A stretch of DNA of 58,570 nt, counting the filler, from Perkinsus olseni (Eukaryota), in the NCBI GenBank assembly GCA_013115125.1. It is 2 parts of 2 records of this genome, joined end to end, with 100 filler letters (N's around TTAATTAATTAA, not from the genome) between each part and the next. Parts side by side here need not be neighbours in the genome. Positions count along the whole stretch, not along the records: positions 1 to 29,261 come from JABANN010000433.1; 1 more part is not named here. One strand, 5' to 3'. Of the stretch, positions 13,863-27,948 are shown in pieces. The position numbers were made by a program, and so were the translations under genes. The notes below the pieces were generated by a model. The model searched no databases and was not told where the DNA came from. It saw only the letters and a list, made by a program, of their open reading frames with translations. How positions within the stretch are numbered: position 1 is the stretch's first letter; the number at the start of each line of letters is the position of its first letter.

Positions 13863-16800
13863 TCATGGCGAATGACGTGTCATGGCTATTTCTGCCCATT
13901 CTCCCGACGACCGTATCACCGAGGGTGCGTTCAATAGTCCATGCCCTTCAAGAAACCGTGGAAGAACTGATGTACTAGACGACGACAAACCAAATGTACT
14001 CCGCGAATGAATAGATAACGGGGGTACAGGGCCTCTGTCATGCTCCACTGAGTTTGAGCGTTTCATTCTCATTCTTATGGTAGCTTGAGGCTCTCTACTA
14101 GGCAGGGAGGATCGACGCCTTTCGTGTGGCTTGCCCAACGCCGTAGGATCGGCGCGTCGAATCAATCTAGGCAGGGTGGTGGTGCCTCTGAGATCCATCC
14201 TAGGAGTCGCCTGTTTTGGAGATGCTCTGCTGAACCGGGGAGAACGCGATGGCCGGCGCACTGGGCTTCCTCCACTGGGATGAGTGTGGATTCTCCTCCC
14301 TCTCGGAGAACATAGTTGAGCCAGAAGGTCAATGATGGTTGGGGAGAGCGGGGTAAGCTAACAAGAGACAGCTTAAAAGCCTTCGATTCTGGATCTAGCC
14401 CACCTGTCCAGCTCCGTCTTGCTGAAACCTCGAGTGGAGCTGCCTGGCTTTCCGAGCAAACTGCAGAGCACTCTTCGTGAAGAGCTGGTCGCGTCGGTGG
14501 CGGAGATGACTATCAGCGTGCAATACTTGCCACCTCTTAAGGCCAACCCCACGGGCTTGCTGGAGGCGTACGGTGTAAGGGATGTTGAGAGAGTCTGCTT
14601 CGCTGAAGTCAAGATCTGGAAGGAACCGATGGTTAGGTGGAGGGACCTATCAAGATCCGGAGTCACCTGACGCCTCCTCGTCAGTACTGCCAGTATCACT
14701 AAATCCGCGGTGTCGACCTCCCACTTCGGCTGATCTGCTATGCCTGAGACTGCCTGCTGCTACTTATAAACAGAAGGAACCCTGGCTTTGGTTCGCCCAA
14801 CATCCTACCTGATTGCGTGGTCTTCGTCCGGATCCTCACCAAACGACTCGACCTGCAGGGAACGGTAGTCGAGCCCAATAGTGTGATCCCATGGCTAACC
14901 GAGTCCATCATCGAAGCAAGAGCAGCAGCTGTTCCTGGGTCGTTCGTGTAGTAGCGCTTAGCTAGCCTTAAATCATTCTGTAAGGATTTGGTCTTCCTCC
15001 GATACTCCAGTACTTGACGCCTCATAGAAGCCAGCTCACACTTTGCCTGAAGGTCGGCAGTGAATAGTGGTTGGAGTCCGTGGTGGAGTACGTCCTTGAG
15101 CTTGGAGAGGGTATCAAGGGCCTTGGAGGCGAGCCAATCTCGCTCAAACTTGACCTCGTCCAGCTGGGTGGTGGCGCGGTCCCATCGACGCGTCATAGAG
15201 TTGAGTTGAACACCTAGTAACCCCTGCTTGGCTCGGTCGTGCTGAAGGAAGTGTTCCCCGAAGCCTCTAGCATGCGGCATTACCACCGATGGTGTCGATC
15301 GACTCGTTCCAACCCTGCTTCGGTCGATGCTGTTACGGGAATGTCCTTCGCTGGATGGTAGAGTTATGGAGGAGGGGCGATGGCTCTGCTGTCAAATATA
15401 ACGCCGGCACTAACGTCAGTCCTGAGGCGAATTACATTTATGTGGGCAAGAGATTGGTCGAACGATCTCTGAGTAGCAGATAGGATGCTATCCACTGAAT
15501 GTGATGGTGTTTCCATGAAAGCAGCATCATCTGTTGTTGATGGATCTGATTAACCCTTCTTTCGGCAGGATGGTCAGGAGACTGCTGCTACCAGCATTGA
15601 TGACGTCATGCTGCTGCTGCTGCTCGGGCTGTGTTAGGGTGCTGAGGGGTGATGGTGGTGGTTGCAGCCTTCTCATCATCGTCATTCTGTTCTTTCCTGT
15701 ATCCTTCCCGAAGCCACTCGAAGTGGATGATCTCATCTCAGAGACTGCTGTTGCCTGGCGAATCTCATCAGCCACCTCGGCGAGATGTTGTGCAAAGACT
15801 CCTCGAATCTAAGGCTGTCTAGTACTGCTGCTGCTGCCGCTGCTGCTATGACGACCCTTGCTCCCGTGGTACCTCATGGAGCTGCTCCTGGGCTATCGAT
15901 CTTTCGAAATCGACATCAGCTTTCAATTCTTCCACCACACGCTCTTGGGCTTTGATAGACCGTGCCATCTCAATGCGTTTAAGGTGGTCATCGTCCTGCA
16001 CGGAGATAGTAACACGAAGGGATAGTCCTTGACTACCATTTTGTTTGCGTCGGTATGGCTGCCGCCGCTTGCTTCAATTCCTGTTGTAATTCCCTTAGTC
16101 GTGCTCCCCATCTCCTGGTCCCCATCACTAGGTGCGCTTGTTTGGTGCCTTCCCTTTATCGGTATAGACACCATATCATCGATGCTCGGGGATACATTCT
16201 GTGCTACTCCGTCTCTCATGAATTCAGACCTGATGATTGACCATCAACTAGCATTGTTCTCATATCCCTACTGATGATGCTACTACTCACCCCAATCCGC
16301 CTTGAGGCGGCGGCGGTGAAGCAGCAGCAGCAGCACTAGCAGAAGATGGTGTTGTATCATACTTCGCAACCCGACTCTGCTGCTCGTTGCCTAGTGCGCC
16401 CTCCTCACCAGTCAATACCTCGGTTGGCATCAGCCTTCTCGGCTCTCTTATCCCCTTTTCACTGGACGCGGGCTCATTGGAGAGTCGACTTGATACCCCA
16501 TTTTCTTTAGTTACAACGTCAGGAGACTGCGGCTTCCTCTCAGCTTGGAGCTCCTCTATCCTCTTCCGCAGGCTACTATTCTCCTCCCTTAGTTTGGTAC
16601 ATAGTGCGTTGACATCCTTGTCATGTGACCCGTCCGTGATAACCCCAACGTCGACTGCGTGCACACCCTGCTGCCTACCGCCATTAACGGTTGGGCAAAC
16701 ATCAACAGCCTCGGGTCTAGCGATTGCCCCTCCTTCCCCTCCTCTCTTTTGCTGTTTAATATGTTCAATTTCCTCCACAAGTTGGCTTATACGCTGCCGT

Positions 16801-19290
16801 AGCTCTGCTTCTATTCCCTCACACCGCGCCTCTGCTGCCGTGCGCAATCTCCTCTCGTCGGCTAGCTCCCTTCGGATCCTGTCTACTTCCTTTTCCTGCT
16901 CTGCTTCCGCTTCTAGCGCTGCGGCAGCTGGTTGTGCCAGAATCCCTTCCTGCCAGGAATGCATCACATGACTATAACATAGCCGTTCCTGACGACGCTG
17001 GTGATGGGGCTACCAGTGGCACCGGCGGTAGTGATGTTGGTACTACCTCTCCTTTCCTTCGGGCTGCACTCACCGCCTCCATCTCTGCCACCTTCTTCTG
17101 CAATCTGGCACACTCTTCCTTTGAGTCCTCTAGTTGTGCCTCAATCCTGAGCACAACCTCAAATATCCCCTCAGCGGCAGCAGCCCCGGTAACCGGTGGA
17201 TTCTCACTTTCTAAACTTCTCCTGTACTTCTCTATCGCCTTCCGTTCCCTCCACTGGGTTATTGGATGGCTTGCTTTGTTCCAGTGCAGCTGCAGCAGCA
17301 GCAGCAGCCTTATCATGCTCGATCATGCTCACATCTTCTCGTAGTTTGTGTATGATGGCTCGCTGAGGAGGATACCACTACAGGAAAGGGCGGGTGTCAT
17401 CAGACAGGCCATCTCATGAATACATCGTTCTCTTGGAGACTAACCAGCCGAGCATTCTCTTCCTTCGCTGCGATGAGATCAGCTTCCATGGCCGCCAGCT
17501 TGGAAACGAGGGCGTTGTCTGCATCGCCCCTGGCTGATGCTCCTGGGCCCCCGGGTGGTAGCGAAGGAGGAAGAGGAGGGGCGGGTGGCGCCAAGTTGAG
17601 TAGCTCTATTTAGGGATTAACCTCAAGTACAGCTTCGAATCACATAGTATGCGACACATACCTATAACGTGATCTCTGAATCGTCCATATTCCTCACGAG
17701 ATGAGCCTTTCCCTAAACGTACGACACTCCTTCAGACTGCGGCGCTGCTGCCTCACACTACCCTTCTCCTCCGATCCCCCTCCATCACTAGCCAAGTGTA
17801 ATAATATATCGAAGATTTGGTCTAGGGAGGCGAGCCTAGGACAAGGCAGGGTTCTTTCATCGTTGGTGATGATGCTGCGTAAGAGGAGCATCCCCTCTCA
17901 TCACTCATTGTCTATTATCATGCGTATCATATTCCCAGCCTTATCTAGAGGGTCAGTGACCTCGTCATCGTCAGTCATTTCACCAAGGGCTGCTAGCCTC
18001 TCTTTCAGCATGAAGTTGTCCTTCAACACCTCCCGTATCATCAACCTCACAGACTCCTTCAGTACCTTCCCTCGACGGCTGTTGTACACATGACGTCGAG
18101 CCAGTGGCCTCTCACTTCCTTAAGCTCCGGCTCGAGAGTCTCGGAGATATCGAAGAAGTAGACCTCAGTAGACTGCACATACCTTTCGAATCGTTCCTTA
18201 CACGACATGAGCATCATTACTAGATCGTGGGGTTGTATTGATTGGTGTGGTATCCCTAGTACATACCATCTGTGCTGCCTGCACTTGTCCTTCCCTCGAC
18301 CCTCCACTCTCTAGTCTTGTTATATCCATCCTAGCCAGATTGAGCATAGCCCTCAGATGGGCCAGTTCTCTGAAGTATCCCTTCCGACATGTCTGCAGCA
18401 GCTTATCCGTAGTTTCCAGACGCTCACTAGTGGTCTAAAACATAAGTCTGACGATGATGACGACGCTGTGAATGGCGCCTCGAAGCCCTTCCTCGTGCCT
18501 TGAGCATCTCTTCCAGCTGTGTGTATGCCTTTGCATTGTTCTCGAAGGTATCAAGTGGTACGACTAGTCGTGGTCTCTTATTGGACTCTGTGGTGTTCTC
18601 GAATAGCCTCTCCCTCTCGAAGGTACCTCCTTCAGTCCAGTACCACACTTCTACTACCTGCTATCGGTATACAAGATGATAGAAGTGTGGATGTGCATGT
18701 CGCTCTGCCCGGCCTTGGTACCCCAACATCAGTCACGATGTCTCCCTTCTTCGTAGCCAGACTGGGTTTGGCAGCATCCTTGTGTAGCAGAGAGAGGTGG
18801 TTGAGAGGTGTATCACTTCTTATGGGGTCAGCTGCTGCTGCTGCTGTTGGTGTGCTGTTGTTATGCTGCCTTGAGGCGGGTCCATCAGCACTTATCACCA
18901 TAACGCGGCATTGGAGGGTCTCTGTGCGCACTATCCTGACACCCATTAACCAACACGACTATAATGTAGGACAACAATGATGATAATGATGACGACGAGA
19001 GGCAAGTAACTCTCTCCGGAAGAGATGCACAGCGGGGGGTTGAGCAACTTCAGCTACATCAGAGGGCACTGCTACTACGGGGGGTTGAGCAACTTCAGCT
19101 ACATCAGAGGGCACTGCTACTACAACTACTCGAACCTTCCACTTGGTAGTCAACTTACACAGTAATCATCGCTGGGTATACATCCGGTATATCGTCATCT
19201 ATCAGCCCTCGATGGCATGCTTTCATTCCTACTAGTACTATCAAACGGTTGTAATGTACATATGGTAATACGCAATTGGTAGGTAGGCCA
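13863..19290 (-). CDS. Large multi-exon coiled-coil / low-complexity protein of unknown function (possibly more than one gene)
   Basis: Successive minus-strand exon ORFs with heptad E/K/R/L character (14738-15286, 16287-16967, 17400-17594, 17901-18307), separated by short GT-AG introns. No family recognised. Confidence 0.55.
19034..19122. repeat. Two-copy tandem repeat, ~45-bp unit (reads VAVPSDVAEVAQPP twice on the minus strand)
   Basis: gggggttgagcaacttcagctacatcagagggcactgctactac occurs twice head-to-tail. Confidence 0.9.
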
Positions 19291-19369
19291 GGTAGTAGAA
19301 CTCTGGCGGGGGCGGCGGCGGAAGCAACGAGGCCTAGTATCTCCACCGTATCTGAGCGGATGAGCAGTG

Positions 19370-20980
19370 TTAACTGCAGCAGCAGCAGCAGCAGTACTGC
19401 AGAGGAAAGGCACCTGGGCTACTACTTACATTGCCGTCGCCTCGGTCCCTTCGCGCTGCATTCTCGTAATTCTCATAAGGCCGGCGATACGATGATGAGG
19501 GTGGCGGCGTTCCCACCCGGGTCTCGTACTTTACACCAGATGTGCGCATGTCGTAGCGGTACCTAGTCCCAGCCTCTGCGCCTGCACCGCCACGATACGT
19601 ATCATGCCTCATATCATAGGATGCTGGGCTGCCGCTGCTACTAGGGTAACGATAACGGCTACTATCCCTTCCGTTGCTACCACCATTGGCCGTGTATCCA
19701 AGTGACGCCTGGTTGTAGTTGTACCCCCGAACGCTGTATCCACGATCATCACCGATGGGCGGAGCATGCTCATAATGAGGAGGATTGAACGATTGGGCTG
19801 CAAGAGGGCCTCTCATCGGCATTTTTCCATCTCGGCCCGGCTGCTGCTGCTCGTAGTGTCTGTTATATCTACTATCTACCCCTGCCACGGGTGAAGGAGA
19901 ATAAGGCTGCTGATAACGATAGTGTGACTGGGACGGAGGAGGCGTCCGACTAGGATACATCTCGTATCCACTCCTGATGTTGGGCCTATCGCCATCGGCA
20001 CCACGCCGCCAACTCCTACTACTCGACAGCGGCGAACGGCGTGCTTCCCGATAATGATAGTCGGGCTGACGATGGCGGAATGGACTCTCCCTGCTGCGTG
20101 AACGGCTTCTTCTCCTCATCCTACTGTCATCACTACGCATACCATATTCTCGAGTATCGTGAACCCTCATGTTGACGGACATCTCCGTGTAGCGATCCGG
20201 CGTCCTGGCCGCCATGTGTAGTACTTGCGAGTGCGGACCGCATAGTAGATGTCCCTTACGGCCACACACCATACAAGTGAGGCTGGCATGGAATCTGGGG
20301 TTGAGGGAGGTACGATAGGCAGTGGTCGGGCAGGCCTCTGGTGTGTTGTGCCCTTGCTTTCGACAGATAGTGCACCACTTACTACTGCTACACTCCGCTG
20401 ATCCATGACCTTCCTGAGCACATCTGAAGCACCTCTTCCTTGAGCATACACTAGAATCATGAGACCCTAGACATACCCAACATACTGTCTTCTCTGCTGG
20501 CTTCTCCCAATACCTCCCGCCACCTCCACCACCACCACGATGATGATGATGAGAGGCAGTATGCTGCTTAGTGAAGTGTGAGGCGTCTGGATGCTTCTTA
20601 AGGTAGGCAGTGAGGTAGGGTAGTTCTCCAGTATGCTCAGCGACCTCTCCCGAAGATACTGATACGTGGGACTCTGTGGTAGTGGTCGTAGTGAGAGTGC
20701 TCCGAGTACCCTCATATGGCGTTGGGTCCTCGGTAGGCGTTCGGCCGGTAGGAGCCCTCGATCCGGTAGTCTCGTTACTGCTGGAAGGGGCACTCTCCTG
20801 CTCCTCTGTGTGCTGTGCCTCGGAGGGAGAAGGAGCAGAGGGGAACAGGCCTCGTACTAGTGCTTCGTGCGCAGCATCATCATCGTATGACAGGCTCTCT
20901 AGTAGGGCGCTTGATGATGACGAAGATGGTAGATCGTCCTGCGTGGTTCGATCCGGCGGAGGAGAAGGGCTACCAGACAT
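19370..20980 (-). CDS. CCHC zinc-knuckle RNA-binding protein (Air1/Air2/ZCCHC7-like) with RS/Y-rich tail; 3' end probably spliced
   Basis: Knuckles CWVCLGSHDSSVC, CFRCAQEGHGSAEC, CTICRKQGHNTPEAC and CMVCGRKGHLLC; RSRSRSRES tract. Confidence 0.8.
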   Translation of the reverse strand: MSGSPSPPPDRTTQDDLPSSSSSSALLESLSYDDDAAHEALVRGLFPSAPSPSEAQHTEEQESAPSSSNETTGSRAPTGRTPTEDPTPYEGTRSTLTTTTTTESHVSVSSGEVAEHTGELPYLTAYLKKHPDASHFTKQHTASHHHHRGGGGGGGRYWEKPAEKTVCWVCLGSHDSSVCSRKRCFRCAQEGHGSAECSSSKWCTICRKQGHNTPEACPTTAYRTSLNPRFHASLTCMVCGRKGHLLCGPHSQVLHMAARTPDRYTEMSVNMRVHDTREYGMRSDDSRMRRRSRSRSRESPFRHRQPDYHYREARRSPLSSSRSWRRGADGDRPNIRSGYEMYPSRTPPPSQSHYRYQQPYSPSPVAGVDSRYNRHYEQQQPGRDGKMPMRGPLAAQSFNPPHYEHAPPIGDDRGYSVRGYNYNQASLGYTANGGSNGRDSSRYRYPSSSGSPASYDMRHDTYRGGAGAEAGTRYRYDMRTSGVKYETRVGTPPPSSSYRRPYENYENAARRDRGDGNVSSSPGAFPLQYCCCCCCS

Positions 20981-21432
20981 TAATGTAACCTGTTAAATAA
21001 TGTGCAGCCTAATAGACTGTACACCGTCCACAGTGCTATGCAGCATCCAGTATAGAAGGGTCGGTAGCGCTGTGCGACCATCATGACGAGTCAAACCGAT
21101 GCCATAGTCCAAACTCCCATCCCTCAACACAACCCGGGGACACGAATAATATGAGATAACGAAAAAGGATCCGATGACAGGCAACGTGGCAGTACTAGTG
21201 AAGCAGCAGCAGCTGGGAGGATGACAAGCTCAAATGTACATTCGGATGTAGAAACTTGATACAACAGCAACACGGACAACAACAAGGAGAACGGCAGCAG
21301 CAACAGCGAGGAGCAGGGGCGGTTATAGTAGGATAGTGAAGGCCCTCACTAGAACCTCCAGTAATAGTTACTCACCTACGATACCATTGCTAGTGCTGTT
21401 TGATAGCGCAGACCTCCCAAGGGCGTGACATG

Positions 21433-24400
21433 CTAAACGACAGACGACCTTTTATAACCCGCGGCGCCAACAGCAGAGACCCCTCTCTTGCGTAGCCGCC
21501 TCAAGTGCTTCCTACTGCGAGCCCGAGAGTACTGCAATGCTTCAACTGGATCAACGTTATTACCAAGTATCTTGGCTCGAAGCATAGCTATGAGAGGCAA
21601 GACGCACACAGAGATTATCACGAGTAGTAAGAGCCAGAATGTGAGGTTGCCGACAGTGTCCTGAGCGTATCGCGTAACATCTGTTCTTGGTATGAGATCA
21701 AAAATAAAGACAAAACCAACATAGATGGCTATGTTGAGGACGAACATAAAAAATAAAAGTAATGCAGACCATTCAACTGTGAATATCATAATAATACATG
21801 ACACTAATAGTATGACAGCAGTATAGAGTAGTATAGACATTGACCAGAGGGATGATGACGCATGACCATTCCCGTTCACAGAGCTTTCAAGGTAACCCCA
21901 ATACACCCACACACCATAGAAGCACGCCAAAGACTGCACTGAGCCTGTGATGATCCACTTTAGGAGAACCCAGGGATTAAAGTTATAGTTTGCAGCTGTT
22001 CTACGGTAAAGACTCGGGATGACCTCCAAGCGCCATTTGTCGAGAGTCATGCTAGGAGGGTGGAGTATTCTACTACCATATCCAGCTGCTGCCGATTCTG
22101 ATGTGGCCGGGCCATCTAGATCTGGATGGATATCATGATCGAAGAGGGCTGCTATGAAGATTGGTACGATACAAAATACCGAGTTGTATACCATAACGTA
22201 GAAAGATGAGAAGACCGTTTGGCCAGTAAACTGCGATACTATCCCGAACCAGAACTGGCACAGTGTGAAAAGATAGTTCTTGTACACGAATACGTTGATG
22301 AAATGTGTATTACGTTCATAGTTCCACCTACCATGATAGAATAAGAGCCTGTATAGATCTTTAAAAGAGCTGATAGCATAGTCAGCCATACCAGCAGCTT
22401 GATACCCTTCCTGACCAAAGATGCCCACACCGACATGAGCCCGTTGGATCATATTGATATCATTAGCCCCATCACCAATAGCCAATATACTGGCACGCCC
22501 AGGTATATTATCCTTCACCAGAGATACTATCTGCCCCTTCTGCTTAGGGTTAACACGACAGAATACCGCCGACTCGCATTGAGGATGTCGTAGCACCTGG
22601 AGGAGCTTCTCCCGACTTTTAGGTTGGTCTAGGAGGTTGACCAAATTGGCACCATCTATAACTAGGGAGAAAGTAGCACTGATATCGCCACTAGCAGGTC
22701 CTGCTCCAAGTGGACGAGAAGCTATCAGATCCTCGTATGAGCGGGTACTCTCGGACAGCTGGCGTAGAGCCTGGTAAAGGAGGAAGCATCGCATTTACCA
22801 TCACCCACGAGACAACTGTACAAATACTACTACCACAGATGGTCCATCACGATTTTCTTTGGCTATGTCTATCTGCTCCTTTATATCCTTCCCTTCATCA
22901 GTGAGCTCCCATATCCTTCTCGGATCACTCGCCGATTCCTGCCTTGAGCGAAGGTCCGTATTGCCGTTGTCGCTCGTTGAATTAGGTAGAGGAGAGGATG
23001 ACCACTCATCACCAGCTAGATAATCATTCCCTGAACATCATCTACATGACCACGGAAAGAACAAGCTAATAATATAATTACTACTCATAACATGGCGTAG
23101 TGTCTTCAATGATATAAAGTTACCTCCACCGAACAATGATTGCTGTCCAAGCATAGTGTACCTAGATAGTGCGTCGTTGTGGGAGAGACATAGAGATGAG
23201 CTTACACATTATCGGTGTTGGTTATCAGACGGCAGCTCGATGCTATATTGATAGCTGTCTCACGCTTGTCCCCAGTTATCATGGCTACAGTTATACCAGC
23301 AGCCCTCAAGGCCTCTATAGTCTGCGGTACCCCATCTTGTAACTTATCCTCTACTGCTGTACATCCTAGTAGCGTTAGATTGACCTCTACCATAGTAGAG
23401 TCCAGCACAGCCATACGATGCTCTCTATTGTATATGTCATCCTGTATAGCAGACATCTTATCAGCTATACCACACCAATCGTTCCAAGTCATACTACGCA
23501 TAGCTACACATAATGTACCTACGTGGCCATGACGAGATTACCCTTCTAAACCTCCATAAGCCTGACTCTAACCCTACGGTATCCTTGGTTGGCGAACTCT
23601 CTAACGTAACGTTGTGTATGTGTCATTGTAGCCTTATGATCAGGGGTATCCACAAGACACTTGGGCAGCACCGAGCTATCCGCTCCTTTAGTATACACAT
23701 ACACCACCTTCTCTGGAGTATCTGACAACATCATCAGTACAGGCATCATGACTAACCCCAGAGGCTCCGCAACGTGAAACGTATCCAACCAATCGAATGG
23801 TGAGCCTACGGTGCCCATCTCTATTACTTGGCAAACTATTATCAGCAACTACTACAGACATCATCCTCCTATCACTGGTGAACTCTACAACATGTAACAG
23901 GTCCATAGTCTTGGTTTCCCCCGTGTGCAACAAGGATATATCAATAGTATCCGGGGTCCGGTCCATGAACCTTATACCAAAGTACCCTGCAGCTGATACC
24001 AGCGCACTCTCATCTGGTGATGTCCCTTGATATACAGCTGTGTCATTAATATCACCTTCACTACTTCTTTCAGCACGACCAATAGACGCAGGCCCATTAG
24101 AAGCATCCTCTCCCTTTGTCGCTCCAGCCTTTTTGCGTCGTTTTGACCTAGTGAATGCTCCGCTGAGACATCCTCCCCCACCACCTTCACCATCGTCATT
24201 AGAATACTCGGGATCTGGCAAAGTAGGGGGCTGTGCCCTCTCACATGTATGGTTGACAGCTAGGCCAAAGAGGAACTCATGAAGTGTCCTAGAGCTGGAG
24301 GATGCCTCCTGCATATGGGTCAGGGAGCGCCTCATTAGACTGACTAGATCGTCAGAGCATGGCAATACCCCAGAGAACTTCGGTGGGGCGGGCCAATCCG

Positions 24401-26490
24401 ATGACGATGAAGGTAAGTTGGCATTAAGTGCGGACACACCGGCGGCTCCCAGAGGCCAATCCTCGAGGCCTGCGGTAGCAGCGACTCTGGTTGTATCCTT
24501 GCGGTCAGCCGAGTAGAGGACCCCTCCCACAGCTGCTGCTTTAAACTCCATCTTATTACAGGTTAACGTACCAGTCTTATCACTAAATACATGAGTAATC
24601 ATACCGAGCTCCTCATGAATAGACTTGGAGTTACACCGAGCTGCGAGCTTCCTGAAAGCAGTGCAATGTAGAGTTCCAGTATGGACGTTATATAGGTGAA
24701 CACTGGACAAACTGGCATCGCCAGCACCAGCAGCAGCACCAGCAGCAGCAGCAGCAGGCTTCTGGACCACCACCTGTACTACCTTTCTGCATCATAGAGT
24801 TCATTATCCCATTCTATTAAGAAGGCTTGAGCTACACGAAGTACCTCCCCTGCTACCCATAATGATACTGGTATGAGGCTGTTCAGCAGGACGAAGTAGC
24901 TGAGATAGTTGATCAGGGGAGTCTGGTCTGATAGCCCAGACAAATACCTACGCAGCGCGATGGCGGTGATACCGGTCTTTGGGTATATCTACTAGTATTA
25001 TTATTACCATGGATAATCCGATGAATTAGGTGATGGTAGTGTACCGAATATGATCGTGGCTATGACACAGAGCATGGCTTGCAATATGAATAGGGTCAAG
25101 ACGTATTTATTCATCGCAATATCAACTGTGCTACGCTTGGCTGGTGCGAAGCCACCTAGAACGAGAAGTAGTAATGATAGTGGGGGTCACCTTAGACGTA
25201 TTCATGGTTACTACCATGATTGCTAATCATGAATCGTGATTCATGACCGGCATACACAACTACTCCTAACACCCAAGGAGTGTTCTTCAGAGTGCAACCT
25301 CGGAGTAGACTGACAGCAGCGCCACTCAGTGAGGAATACCTCTGCTCACTGCCACTATTACAGATTATCCATGCTCAGAGCTTCTATCGTACCCTCGTCA
25401 TCAGTGTTGCTTAGTGGAGATAAGGAGCCTTTGAACCTAAGTAGGATGGCGTTACTGGCGGCGTGCTGAGGCATGATGATGGAGAGGCGAGTTGGACCTA
25501 CTTTAATAAATCAGCTGAGGGAGCTTCGAATTGCATAGACATGGTATTGACCAATGTCGCCAGAGGCTCCTTTTTCGCTATGAATCCAGTGGATTGGCGT
25601 TTATACAAGCGAAAACCATCATCAGGTACTTGAGAATCGATCTCCATCTGCGCGAAGACCAAAGGCCTGTATCAATTGTTCCTCCTGGCTCTACTGTCTC
25701 ACCTGAGGACTTCCCTCACGTTGTTTGGTGTCCCTAGTCGAACGTGATGATTGCCTCTGTAACAATGGGGATCGAGACCTTCTCCCATCAGAGATGATAT
25801 CCGACACCAACTTGGGCGCTTGTCTAGTTTTAAGATTAGTCTCCCCATCTAGATTACTAGTCTCCATGAAAGCTACACAGCCCCTTTTAGGATCAGCCCC
25901 ATGGGATGATAATAGCATTATCATATCAGCTGGTAGCGGCTCGGATTCTCGCACCATTATGATGTCTCCGGGAAACAGCCGTGACCACTCTACTTTCTCT
26001 ATTGATCCTTGCGTAGTGACCCTCCTCGTTAATTCCCTGTTGGTCTCCTTATCCCTCTTGTATGCTAACCACTCCTCTACGAATTCACGAGCGATTGAGA
26101 CAAGTAGAACGAATGCTAGAGGTAGGACAGCTGCTATGGGGTTGAGGGAGCCAACATCAGGAATGCTCACTATGATGGCTGCCAATAGGAAATAACAGTT
26201 GGCCAGCCGCCGAAACTGGAATAGTAGAGATAGGGGCCAAAACGTCCACCAATTGTAACGTCTAGTGGATACAGAATTACCACTGTATGTGTGGCACGGC
26301 GTACCTGTAGAGTATACAAGAGAGAGCTATGATCATTACGAGTAATCCAAGTTATTGGATGACAGTGTACTACCAATAGTAACTTCTCTATATTGTTGTT
26401 GTTGGTTGTTGTTGCTCCTGGAGCCGCTGCCTCGTGTGATGCCTACTTTCCAACATCGTCGTCGTACAGAGTTGAGGGTCGGCAGACATG
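21433..26490 (-). CDS. P4-type ATPase (phospholipid flippase), multi-exon
   Basis: ETSNLDGETNLK, FSDKTGTLT phosphorylation site, SPDESALV, EFTSDRRMMSV, TAVEDKLQDGVP, MITGDKRETA, CRVNPKQK, AIGDGANDINMIQ, HGRWNY. The 5' end is approximate. Confidence 0.96.
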
Positions 26491-26679
26491 TCCCCATCCT
26501 TCAAGAGTTGTGAAGTAGAAAATCAACTGAGGCTGGAGCTCAGGAGAGGCAACTTGTTTCAAGACTACCACGGTAGGACGCGTAGTACGGCGTGGTAGTA
26601 CCACGATCGGATTAAGTGAGCGCGATGAGCTTGCCCTAATACAATCTCAGAACTGTACTGAATCCTGTAGCACAGATAG

Positions 26680-27411
26680 AGAGATTACAATAGTGCTCGC
26701 CTGAAACTGCGAGAGAAAGGACCCGAACAACTGGGTGATAATCGAAACGGAGTAGCAAAGACTCACATTCGGAAGTACTTGGGGTGGATTCATCTGGGAA
26801 AGGATCACACTCGTCGGGCCCCTCCGGCTCTTCAAAAGAAAAAAAAAGGGCGATCACCATCGGCCCCGTCGCCGCCTCGGCAACCGTCACCGTCACCATT
26901 ATTTCCCCCGCTACCGCCTTGACCACCGTTACCGCCATCATTATGGCCGCCCTTACCGCCGTCGCCGCCGGTGCCACCATCACCGCCACCGCCATCCGGA
27001 CTGCCACGACCAGCAGCACCACCGCGACCGCCACGACCACTACTGCCGTCGCCCCCGTCACCACCGCGACCGCCGCGACGACCGCCGCGACCCCCACTGC
27101 TGCCGCGGCCTCCACTGCGACGGCCGCGACCCCCACTGCCGCCATGTCCGCCACGACGAGCATAATGGAAGCGACGACGATCCAAGAAACGACGAAGAGC
27201 ATCGTCCGACTATGTAGGATCATCGAAGTCGGCTACAGCATTGACGGCGGTTGGGTGGGTGGTCACTGAACTGGTAGCGGTTTCTCGCGTCGTCATGTTC
27301 TACGACGTCGAAGTAGGACTCTTGATCATCGATGGCCGCAGAAACTTCGTCTTGAACGGCAATGGTGACAGACGTGATGAGCAGGAGCGTCCCAATGCGA
27401 TAAGACTTCAT
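26680..27411 (-). CDS. Putative secreted Gly/Arg-rich protein; reading frame appears interrupted (pseudogene or sequence error)
   Basis: Signal-peptide-like MKSYRIGTLLLITSVTIA, an acidic segment, then an RGG/GGD-rich block (26832-27185). In-frame TAG near 27210 and an apparent frame change at the A-run 26834-26847. Confidence 0.5.
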
Positions 27412-27948
27412 GTTCGTAACAAAAATTTATCATTAGACGATCGGCGATGTGAAGATCGATCGCGTCACGCGGCGCGGGGCGTCGTCCCAACACGTATGCA
27501 CTCGGCGCCGGCCTCGGTGACCGCATGCTTGGGCAGTACCAGGTGGAATGCGGGCACGAGAGAGTTGAAGGCAGATAGACTGAGGCTGGCCCGGCAAGTT
27601 GATTGCATAATCCCATGCGTGCCCATAGTCGATACTCTGGGGAATTGGAAGAAGGGGGAGTAGAACCCGCGCGGACCGGATGTACAGGGATCAGTGAATA
27701 AGTGACCTTCTCAACAAGAATTCCCAGTCTGTTAGGCTTTATGTGGTCCCCATCGCTAGGGTTCTAGACCCTTGAACCTTCACATTAGCGAAGGTGGAGC
27801 TGTCCTGCATCAGGACCTGTTAGTGATTGTTATGCACTAGGCCTAAGGCCTTAAGAAGACGCTAGTTCTGGGTCTCTTGTTTTTTGAACACAGACCTACG
27901 CGCCCGCATGATTATTTGAAGCGTGATCAAGAGCCGTAACTTCTCTAG

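Noticed and set aside
3446-26490. Scramblase, desaturase and flippase as a lipid-asymmetry cluster
   Set aside because: Separated by unrelated genes, on different strands, and from large families; no evidence beyond chance.
26636-27269. Long Ala/Val-rich and Thr/Ala-rich ORFs (195 aa, 161 aa)
   Set aside because: Shadow frames of the GC-rich Gly-repeat coding sequence.
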